DNA of 21,869 nucleotides from Chlamydiales bacterium (GTDB lineage Bacteria; Chlamydiota; Chlamydiia; Chlamydiales; JBDQID01): NCBI GenBank assembly GCA_047611865.1, contig JBLFWS010000042.1, positions 1 to 21,869 of the forward strand, read 5' to 3'. Shown piece by piece: positions 14,956 to 21,869 of this stretch (position 1 is its first letter; each line of letters starts with the position of its first letter). The notes under the pieces were generated by a model. It saw only the letters and a program-made list of their open reading frames with translations, ran no database searches and was not told where the DNA came from. The position numbers and the translations under genes were made by a program.

Positions 14956-16139
14956 GTCAATAAACCTTCGAAATACTCCAAGGAAGAATGGAACATAAAA
15001 GAATTATACAATTTCTCTTGAGAGTTCCCTGTTTGTTCCCAATCGAAGAATGTCCCCAATCCCCACATTTTCAACGGCAGCTTAAACAGCTCACGCAGCT
15101 CTCTATCCGGTAAGGCCTTGGCTGTAGAAGTATACCCCTCCCTAAAACTATCTTTCAAAAGTTTAAAAACTTCTTTCCTTAAACCCTCACCCTGAATCGA
15201 CGATAAATGTTCTTCAAAACGTACAAAATCGTACGCTGGAACTCCCATGGGCTCTCCCACGTCATCCACCGAAAAATGAACTTGAGGTACATCGATAATT
15301 GTTAAAGTATCTGAAGAATCATTGTAGAGGAAACTTTCCATATGGGCTTCCCCATGTTGATAACCGTAAACAAATTCGAGAGTCTCTGCATTTTCAAGTG
15401 TTTTTTCATAATGCTGAGCCATCTTAAACCAGTCTATTTGAGAAACAATTTCTGAGGATCTTTTCTGATTTATTGCGTAGTTTATACAAATTCTTTCCAG
15501 GCGGTACCTTGGCATTCGCCCGGTTTTCCCTGAATTTTTATTATGCAGTTCACCTAGGGCTAAACCCACCTTATTGACCACTCTTTGGGCCTTCTCAATA
15601 ACAGATTCATCCTGAATAACACTTCTTACGATTTCCAAAACACTTGTGCCTTCAGCAAAGGATTCGGCAAAAAGCATAAGCCCTTTTTCGCTTAACACGG
15701 TCTTACCAGCCCCAAGAATCTTCACGACTCTCGCTCTTTTTAGTTCCAGAGAATTTAAAAGTTCGGTAGCTGATAATTCACGAAGAAAATTGCACACCTT
15801 TACGTCATTAACAGGAAATGCTTTGACGACAAGTACTTCGTCACTATGGCAACAAGAGGCATATCCAACCCATTTATTGCTACAATTATCTGTTCTAGGG
15901 AATTCTTTGATATCTTCATTTTCAAAAGGCTTCCCTACTATATCACTAGAAAAACTTGCTAGCGTAGAAAGTAAGTTATCTCCCAAAGGATATTCTTTAC
16001 TATATTCTATAGCCTCTTTTAAACAGTCCAACTCTTGCAGAATATGCTCATCTGTAGCTACCACCTGTACATCTGAACACCTTGAAGAGATAGCAATTTG
16101 TGATATCTTATGAAGATATTCCTCAGGAGAATCGTTCAT
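14952..16139 (-). CDS. Aminoglycoside-phosphotransferase / choline-kinase-like fold protein, probably a pseudokinase
   Basis: 395-aa ORF with VLVVKAF (beta3 Lys), FLRELSA (alphaC Glu), ESFAEG hinge, VGLALGELHN, catalytic loop HGEAHMESFLY (canonical HGDxHxxN), IIDV and PAYDF. Confidence 0.75.
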   Translation of the reverse strand: MNDSPEEYLHKISQIAISSRCSDVQVVATDEHILQELDCLKEAIEYSKEYPLGDNLLSTLASFSSDIVGKPFENEDIKEFPRTDNCSNKWVGYASCCHSDEVLVVKAFPVNDVKVCNFLRELSATELLNSLELKRARVVKILGAGKTVLSEKGLMLFAESFAEGTSVLEIVRSVIQDESVIEKAQRVVNKVGLALGELHNKNSGKTGRMPRYRLERICINYAINQKRSSEIVSQIDWFKMAQHYEKTLENAETLEFVYGYQHGEAHMESFLYNDSSDTLTIIDVPQVHFSVDDVGEPMGVPAYDFVRFEEHLSSIQGEGLRKEVFKLLKDSFREGYTSTAKALPDRELRELFKLPLKMWGLGTFFDWEQTGNSQEKLYNSFMFHSSLEYFEGLLT

Positions 16140-16336
16140 AGCATAGACCTTGCATGATGAAGCTTAGCGATGCCATCAGAATACTGCTAGCTACGGTGCA
16201 AAGACAGCTTTTTTTGCATAATAAAAAAAAATAATTAAAAAAACGAACCCACACCCATGCGACGTGGACAAAGAAATTACAAGATAGCTTTGATTTCAGT
16301 ATGTTTATGGAAGGGAAGGGGGCGACTGTGCCTTTA

Positions 16337-19300
16337 TTAAAACTTAAAAGTAATACCTCCACCCCCATGGAAATCTGAGTCAAGGCTTGCAGATAGAGAT
16401 AAGCGCTTGTTAATTTCATAGGCTAGTTTTAAGCGGTATTCCCAGTCGCTATTCCAATGCCAGGAAAACTTCACACGGTCGGTGAGCTGTAATCCGCTCT
16501 CTAGCCCAAAAAGAACTTTCCCGTCTGAGTCAATTCTAAAATCCGCTTCAATTAAGAGAGGAAGTACATAATGGATGCCAAGGAAGCTCGAATTGTTCAC
16601 TTTTACTCTGTCGCGTATTTCTTCCTGTTCCTCATCCCCGTCTTCTCTCTCATTGAGCAGTTGCCCTCCCACATAGACATCTAAAAAACGACTCACCCTT
16701 CTGGAGTAACGTGTTTCAATTTCGTATTCCGTTCCGTAGGCATTGTCAAATTCCAAAGCAAACACATTACGAGGGTTGGATGCCTGCAACATCCCTGAAA
16801 TCATATTAGATTCTATTCCCAGTTCCCCCTTATAGAAAAACCTGGAATCGTGACTTATCCTGGAAAGAAGCTGATCGTTCATCTGGCTTGAACCCTCATA
16901 CCCTACAACTAGTGACATGCCACTCGCCATATGATAGAGGTTGTGGCAATGGAAAAACCAATCCTTTTCCTCATTCGCATCAAACTCAATAAGCGTTGTT
17001 GCCATAGGCTCTACGTTCACTGTGTGTTTTAGGGGGCTTCTCTTTCCCTGTTTATTTAATACTCTAAAGAAATGCCCATGAAGATGAACGGGATGGTGCA
17101 TCATCGTATCGTTCTTTAAAATGAAACGAACATTCTCTCCTTTTTTAATTTTTATCGTGTCCGCTTCTGACAATGTCTTATCGTTAAAGGACCAGACGTA
17201 GCTTTCCATATTTCCTGTCAGTCGCAATTCAAACTCCCTCCAAGGCTGTGCCTCAGGAAGTGTTGTGTCCTCTAGGCTCTTCAGGGAATCGTAATCTGTC
17301 ATATATTCAAGAACAGATGATTTTTCTTTATCATGGTGATCAGAGTGATTTTCCATTTCGTCCATGTGACCTTTCCCATGATCGCCATGCCTACCCATAA
17401 GAATATCTGGCTTAGAGAGAGTAGGCGCTAGAATTTTCTCTCCATGACCCAGGTACGCTGAAGTGAATCCCGTCCCGTCTTCAGCACTTGCACGAAATTC
17501 ATAAGACTTATCCCCAGGTATCGTTACGATAACATCGTAGGTTTCCGCAATAGATATTCGTAAGCGCTGAACATCAAAAGGCTCCACATCTATACCGTCG
17601 GCTGCAACAACGGTCATAAATCCACCGGAGAATTCTACGTTAAAATATGTCGATGCCGATGCATTGATCAACCTCAAGCGATGTTTCTTACCTTTCGAAG
17701 AAGGGAGATCCACCCCCTTCCTACCATTTACCAGAAAAGCATCATAGCCAACGTCTGAAACATCCATAGGCCCCATTCTTTCCCAAGAATTTCGCAATTG
17801 ATTGTGTACAGCTTTACTGCCACGCTTCAAAATTTTGCCCCATGAAACTACGCTGTCTTTTTTTAGAGCGTAGTAATCACCATCTTTTTTGAGGTTGGCG
17901 AGAGTCTGCTCCGGACTCTCGTCATTCCAATCTGAAAATACCAGAACATGCTCTTCGTCCACCGAAGATTCTCTCTCCTTGGGATAGAATACCATTGCCC
18001 CATAAATCCCTCTTTGCCTTTGCAGTCCTGTATGAGAATGATACCAATAGGTACCTGAATGCCTGACGGGTATTTGGTAGGTAAAACTGCTGTGTGCTTT
18101 TATTGGAGGAGTCGTGAGGTAAGGAACCCCATCTTGGTCATTTGGCACAAGAACTCCATGCCAATGGACTGATGTGTCTTGATCCAAAGTATTATGAAAG
18201 GTCACACGTAAAATATCACCTACCTTTGCAGTAATAGTCGGTGCTACAATATCGCCGCCAACAGAAAATGCTCTTACATCCTTTCCTGTATAGTTTACTG
18301 TTTTATAATTGATCGGAATCTCGTACTCGACAAGGCCTTCGCTTTCTTTTCTCTTGAAACCTTTATCCCTCTCCAAGACGCTTTTAGGCATAAGAGGTTT
18401 AGTAGGCATCTGTAATTTTTCCCTCCGCTTTTTATTTTCTTTTTCCTTAACCTTTGCTTCTTTCTGAATTTCAACGGGCTTAGCCTCTATCATTTTTTTT
18501 TCTATATTCGATATTTCGTTCTTCATTGGTATAAGAGATATTCTATCTTCCATAGGCCTTGAAGGGTTCAATCTCTCCCGATTTCCTGATTTAGCCCTTA
18601 CTTGAAAAGGTTTCTCATCATCAAGGACGAGCATTACATCATAAGAATCTCCAACTTCAATCTTAATATTTTCTGAGTTTGTGGACTCTACCTTTCTACC
18701 GTTATGAGCAAGAATCTTCATGCTCCTCCCAGGAAAATCGAGATCCAATTCTCGGGAAATAGAAACGTTACGAAGCTTCAGATGAATGCGTTTTTCCATT
18801 GATGGCGAGGGGGATGTTTTAGAATTTTCCAGATTGATCCATGCCGGTATACCGTCCTTTATGATGCCGTAATAGTTTCCTCCTTTTTTGAGATTAACCG
18901 TGACCTGTGAAATGCTCTTATCCTCCCATTCAGCAAATACCAGCACATATCTGTAATCATAGACCTCCTCTTTCTCTGATATCGGAGTAAGAACTTTATA
19001 TTCCTCAATGTCCTTTGGAATAAATTCCGGTACAACCTTTACTGATGTTGGCAGGTTTATGGAAGGTATCTCCTTTAACTTAGTTTCAGGCTTCTTTTCT
19101 AGCTCCTGCTTCAACTCTTTTTTTACTTCTTGGACGATCTCCTTCGGTTCTTTAGAAGGCTGGGACTTTTTGAGTTTAACATCCTGATTCTCGGATAAGA
19201 GAATAGGCTCCTTTTCTTTTTCTTCTTGTACAGGGGAGATCGCTGGAGCTATAATTTCTTTCTCTTGCTTTGGAGCTAATACAGGCAGTTCTGATTCAAG

Positions 19301-20200
19301 TGCTGGTAGTACTTGTTCTTTCTCTTTTTCATCCTGAGAAACCTCCTCTGCTGCCTCTTTCTGATGCTTTTTTATAGCTTTTGCAACATTCAAATCTTCC
19401 TTGGGCCAGTGACGAAGGGAAACTGTTATGGGTTTCTCATCCTTTACAACCACAACAATCTCATAAATATCACCCATCTCAATTGTAACTCCTTCTACAC
19501 GCTCGGGCTTGACCTTAACTTTATTTCTTTTGATAACCACCATCTTCCTACCGGAAAGTCTAAAATCAAAAGATCCTGTGATAGAAAGATTCTTGATCTT
19601 TAGAAGAACTTTTCTTCCCCTCTTTGATGATTGTTCTGGCTCCTCTACAAGTTCTGAAGAAACCCACCAGGATCTTCCCCTCTTGCTCCCAGCCTCAGAA
19701 TCCTCCAGATCCCACCATGCTGGCTCTCCTCCTTTGATCAAGGCATAGTGATTCCCCTCGGGCATTAAGTCGAAGGAGATTTTTGGCACAGTCCTATCTA
19801 CCCAATCGGAGAAAACAAGAGAGAATTCCTGTTCATAGCTTTCATTTAACTCAACTTTGTCTTCTTCAGGCGGCTTTTTTTCTTCGGGTTTTAGAGCCTC
19901 TTCTTCCGTGGGAGAAATTTCTTTCCCTTTACGCTCTACCGGGTACCTCCCCTCTTCCTCCCTTGAAATAAGCTGTCTACTTTCCAGAGGACGGTATTTG
20001 AATTTCTGAGACTTTTCTGAAGATGCTGAAAAACTATCCCTACTACTTCCTTCCGCTTCGCGAGTAGACGTTCTTGTAAATATTAGAGGATTATCCAAGG
20101 CCGGATCATACTGCCCCATTTCTCCGAAAAGCGGAAAAACAGAAAGGCAAAGTAAGACTCTTGCAATATGAGTTAACACATCAGCAAAATACGAGAACAT
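16337..20200 (-). CDS. copA: CopA-family multicopper oxidase with an N-terminal extension of about 630 aa and a C-terminal outer-membrane beta-barrel-like domain
   Basis: All four copper-binding motifs are present: VHWHG, YWYHSH, HPVHLHGH and FFHCHNLYHMASGM. There is a His/Met-rich linker MGRHGDHGKGHMDEMENHSDHHD (about 17330-17398). The C-terminus has alternating strands and ends GGGITFKF. ATG 20200 gives a Sec-like signal peptide (MFSYFADVLTHIARVLLCLSVFPLFG). GTG 20233 is the alternative start. Confidence 0.9.
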   Translation of the reverse strand: MFSYFADVLTHIARVLLCLSVFPLFGEMGQYDPALDNPLIFTRTSTREAEGSSRDSFSASSEKSQKFKYRPLESRQLISREEEGRYPVERKGKEISPTEEEALKPEEKKPPEEDKVELNESYEQEFSLVFSDWVDRTVPKISFDLMPEGNHYALIKGGEPAWWDLEDSEAGSKRGRSWWVSSELVEEPEQSSKRGRKVLLKIKNLSITGSFDFRLSGRKMVVIKRNKVKVKPERVEGVTIEMGDIYEIVVVVKDEKPITVSLRHWPKEDLNVAKAIKKHQKEAAEEVSQDEKEKEQVLPALESELPVLAPKQEKEIIAPAISPVQEEKEKEPILLSENQDVKLKKSQPSKEPKEIVQEVKKELKQELEKKPETKLKEIPSINLPTSVKVVPEFIPKDIEEYKVLTPISEKEEVYDYRYVLVFAEWEDKSISQVTVNLKKGGNYYGIIKDGIPAWINLENSKTSPSPSMEKRIHLKLRNVSISRELDLDFPGRSMKILAHNGRKVESTNSENIKIEVGDSYDVMLVLDDEKPFQVRAKSGNRERLNPSRPMEDRISLIPMKNEISNIEKKMIEAKPVEIQKEAKVKEKENKKRREKLQMPTKPLMPKSVLERDKGFKRKESEGLVEYEIPINYKTVNYTGKDVRAFSVGGDIVAPTITAKVGDILRVTFHNTLDQDTSVHWHGVLVPNDQDGVPYLTTPPIKAHSSFTYQIPVRHSGTYWYHSHTGLQRQRGIYGAMVFYPKERESSVDEEHVLVFSDWNDESPEQTLANLKKDGDYYALKKDSVVSWGKILKRGSKAVHNQLRNSWERMGPMDVSDVGYDAFLVNGRKGVDLPSSKGKKHRLRLINASASTYFNVEFSGGFMTVVAADGIDVEPFDVQRLRISIAETYDVIVTIPGDKSYEFRASAEDGTGFTSAYLGHGEKILAPTLSKPDILMGRHGDHGKGHMDEMENHSDHHDKEKSSVLEYMTDYDSLKSLEDTTLPEAQPWREFELRLTGNMESYVWSFNDKTLSEADTIKIKKGENVRFILKNDTMMHHPVHLHGHFFRVLNKQGKRSPLKHTVNVEPMATTLIEFDANEEKDWFFHCHNLYHMASGMSLVVGYEGSSQMNDQLLSRISHDSRFFYKGELGIESNMISGMLQASNPRNVFALEFDNAYGTEYEIETRYSRRVSRFLDVYVGGQLLNEREDGDEEQEEIRDRVKVNNSSFLGIHYVLPLLIEADFRIDSDGKVLFGLESGLQLTDRVKFSWHWNSDWEYRLKLAYEINKRLSLSASLDSDFHGGGGITFKF
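18587..18961 (-). repeat. Second degenerate extra copy of cupredoxin domain 2 within the oxidase
   Basis: YVLVFAEWEDKSISQVTVNLKKGGNYYGIIKD...IHLKLRNVSIS...MKILAHNGRKVE...IEVGDSYDVML aligns by eye with the true domain 2 (HVLVFSDWNDESPEQTLANLKKDGDYYALKKD...HRLRLINASAS...MTVVAADGIDVE...ISIAETYDVIV, about 17459-17962). Confidence 0.85.
19409..19837 (-). repeat. First degenerate extra copy of cupredoxin domain 2 within the oxidase
   Basis: FSLVFSDWVDRTVPKISFDLMPEGNHYALIKG...VLLKIKNLSIT...MVVIKRNKVKVKP...IEMGDIYEIVV aligns by eye with the other two copies. Confidence 0.82.
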
Positions 20201-20405
20201 AATCCTACATCTTTGTCCCTTTACAACTTGCACCTGGGACTTTGAGAGACCCCAAACACAGGTTTACTGCCAATAAAAAGCTTATAACCTTTACTTCAGA
20301 GCAAGTTCCCTGCCAGATCCGACACCTTTTATTTATCCTTGCGTTTTGAGATAAGTTTCCCATACTCAAAGTTCGGGGTTAAAACTTTACAAAGGAGTGC
20401 AATCG

Positions 20406-21044
20406 ATGCGAAAAAAAACTCTGATGCTCAGTTTAATTTGCGCCTACATATTGACGTCTTCACTCGTTGAGGGATGCGAAATACTAGCCCTGCGCTTGCC
20501 ATTTCTCAAAGGTGCCGGCCCCTCCTACTCCAAAAAGAGTTTTAGCAGGCCTCATGATCTCAACCCCTCCATCGTCAAAGAAGGATATAATCTAGTCGTT
20601 GATGAAAGGGGTAACGAGGTGCGCCCTGGAGGACGACCCATTCAGGAGGGATATAAGTTAATTCTTGTAGATGAATACGTTCAGGATCCAAATAAGAGAG
20701 CTTCTGCAAGGGTATTTACTGTTATGGCACCCATACGTGACGCTCTAATATTTCATGTCAAAAAAACGGACTTACAAAAGTGGAAAGCTCTGACTGAAAT
20801 TCTGACTCTTAACGACATAAAGATAAACCAATGGTTAGGAGGCCCTACTCCTCGGGACAACTACTACTCAAACGAAGGCATCTTCCAACATTTAAAAAAA
20901 GGGCCTGACTATCACCCCATGATGAAATACCTTGAAGAAGCAGAACTTATGCTAAAGTGTAAGACTTTCACCTCAGACTTTGACTTCACCAATCCTGAGG
21001 GGAAAAATTCTTGTCCTAATCCCGGAACAGGCTTAGTCGAATAG
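20406..21044 (+). CDS. Hypothetical secreted protein, 212 aa
   Basis: AGGAG (20393-20397) lies 8 nt before ATG 20406. The N-terminus MRKKTLMLSLICAYILTSSLVEG looks like a Sec signal peptide. No family was recognised. Confidence 0.8.
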   Translation: MRKKTLMLSLICAYILTSSLVEGCEILALRLPFLKGAGPSYSKKSFSRPHDLNPSIVKEGYNLVVDERGNEVRPGGRPIQEGYKLILVDEYVQDPNKRASARVFTVMAPIRDALIFHVKKTDLQKWKALTEILTLNDIKINQWLGGPTPRDNYYSNEGIFQHLKKGPDYHPMMKYLEEAELMLKCKTFTSDFDFTNPEGKNSCPNPGTGLVE

Positions 21045-21081
21045 TCATTCCCCTGAAGGTAAAAGGGGAACAGAAATGACT
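21043..21081. terminator. Hairpin between convergent genes, candidate bidirectional terminator
   Basis: TTCCCCT (21048-21054) pairs with AGGGGAA (21064-21070). An outer pairing AGTCAT (21043-21048) / ATGACT (21076-21081) is also possible. Confidence 0.45.
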
Positions 21082-21086
21082 TCTCT

Positions 21087-21542
21087 TTACTTAACATCTG
21101 CCATCAATCGATCAAAATTACAGGTTTGACCATAAATTTGCTTTGATTTTGCGAAAAGACCTTGGAAATTAGGGTCCACTACATTTTGTTCTGTTTCATA
21201 GGGTTCAATCTGAATCAAAAGTTCTTTAATTTTCACTGATTTCTGAAGCTTCACATCGAGTTTCTCTGAGGTTCTAAGGCCGTAATATTCCTTTCTAAGG
21301 CGAATCACCAATGAGTAGGTCCGCAGCCACTGTACTTCCTGTTCTGTGATCACACCTCCCTTTTTTCTTTCTATCAGTTGCTTAGCGTAATCGAAAGATA
21401 AAGTGTCATTTTCCTTAAGCCAATCAATCATTGATCTGCCTCCACCCCACTCTCCTTTGGGTAAACGCCTCTTTGCTTTAGAATTACCGTATTTCGAAGG
21501 CTTTTGCTGTCCTAATAGATTCTTAATCTTCCTGCCTACCAT
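21087..21542 (-). CDS. Hypothetical basic protein, 151 aa
   Basis: ORF preceded by a purine-rich GGGGAGGGAAAGAAAG leader on the minus strand. It has a Lys/Gly-rich N-terminus and a helical-looking remainder. No family was recognised. Confidence 0.65.
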   Translation of the reverse strand: MVGRKIKNLLGQQKPSKYGNSKAKRRLPKGEWGGGRSMIDWLKENDTLSFDYAKQLIERKKGGVITEQEVQWLRTYSLVIRLRKEYYGLRTSEKLDVKLQKSVKIKELLIQIEPYETEQNVVDPNFQGLFAKSKQIYGQTCNFDRLMADVK

Positions 21543-21869
21543 CTTTCTTTCCCTCCCCTTTTTTTTAAAATCAATGCTTCTGATTATAACGGACTTATAT
21601 TAATTCCAGTTAAATCGAATGTTGGAATTTCATTAATTTTAATCTGAAATCAAAATAGGGGCAGGTAGAGAGAAAATAGGTCACAACTCGGGGGTATTAC
21701 CCCATACGCATCAACCTAAGGTTGTAAGTGAATATAAGGGAACTGTTTGAATAAAAGAATAACTCAAATCTGCAGCGATTTGTTTTGCTAAAAATTAAGT
21801 AATTTTACATTTTAGCACAAAGAATTCGTAAATAAAAAGTGTAAGCAAAGATGCCCACGAAGTGGGTTA

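Noticed and set aside
12357..16113. Short ORFs overlapping the licD-like, Maf-like and kinase-like genes (e.g. 12357-12650, 13961-14242, 15646-16113)
   Set aside because: They are antisense or off-frame shadows of well-supported genes.
16123..16419. 98-aa minus-strand ORF whose end (LCTVASSILMASLSF) looks like a signal peptide that a frameshift could join to the kinase-like gene
   Set aside because: It overlaps the oxidase 3' end and crosses low-complexity A/T runs. No slippery site is evident at the required junction, and homologues are needed to test the idea.
19313..19971. Plus-strand ORFs inside the oxidase N-terminal extension
   Set aside because: They are antisense shadows of the Lys/Glu-rich linker codons.
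20912..21603. ORFs 20912-21097 (-) and 21403-21603 (+)
   Set aside because: They are antisense to better-supported genes that have ribosome-binding sites.
21686..21746. Superficial TPP-riboswitch resemblance (ACTCGGGG...ACCC...ACCT...AGGGAA)
   Set aside because: It lacks the essential CTGAGA and the ACCTGA/TAAT..CAGCG core.
21851..21869. ATG CCC ACG AAG TGG GTT at the right edge as a possible gene start
   Set aside because: Only six codons are visible, which cannot support a call.
1..21869. CRISPR arrays, IS elements, rRNA or tRNA genes
   Set aside because: By eye I saw no regularly spaced direct repeats, transposase or integrase motifs, or RNA-gene signatures. This is not a substitute for a computed scan.

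Overview
The left half of the window (1-11601, minus strand) is one uninterrupted reading frame of at least 3867 codons. The ORF track missed it because its stop codon lies beyond the left edge. I read the frame triplet by triplet and found no stop. It encodes a giant filamentous-haemagglutinin/CdiA-like protein with FHA-1-type repeats, the conserved CdiA/FhaB 'GVALS.EQ...LWYV...VLVP.VYL' block, an FHA-2 region and then a coiled-coil. It has no Sec signal peptide, no recognisable TPS domain and no upstream tpsB. Divergent from it are a LicD-family phosphotransferase with an extra hydrophobic N-terminal domain and a Maf/DUF115 (MptE-like) glycosyltransferase. These are followed on the minus strand by an APH/choline-kinase-like protein with a degenerate catalytic loop and a very large CopA-family multicopper oxidase. 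The oxidase carries two extra N-terminal copies of cupredoxin domain 2 and a C-terminal beta-barrel-like domain. Two small convergent hypothetical genes close the window. Gene content and style suggest an environmental Chlamydiae-like bacterium, but this is inference only. No rRNA, tRNA, CRISPR array or transposase was recognised.
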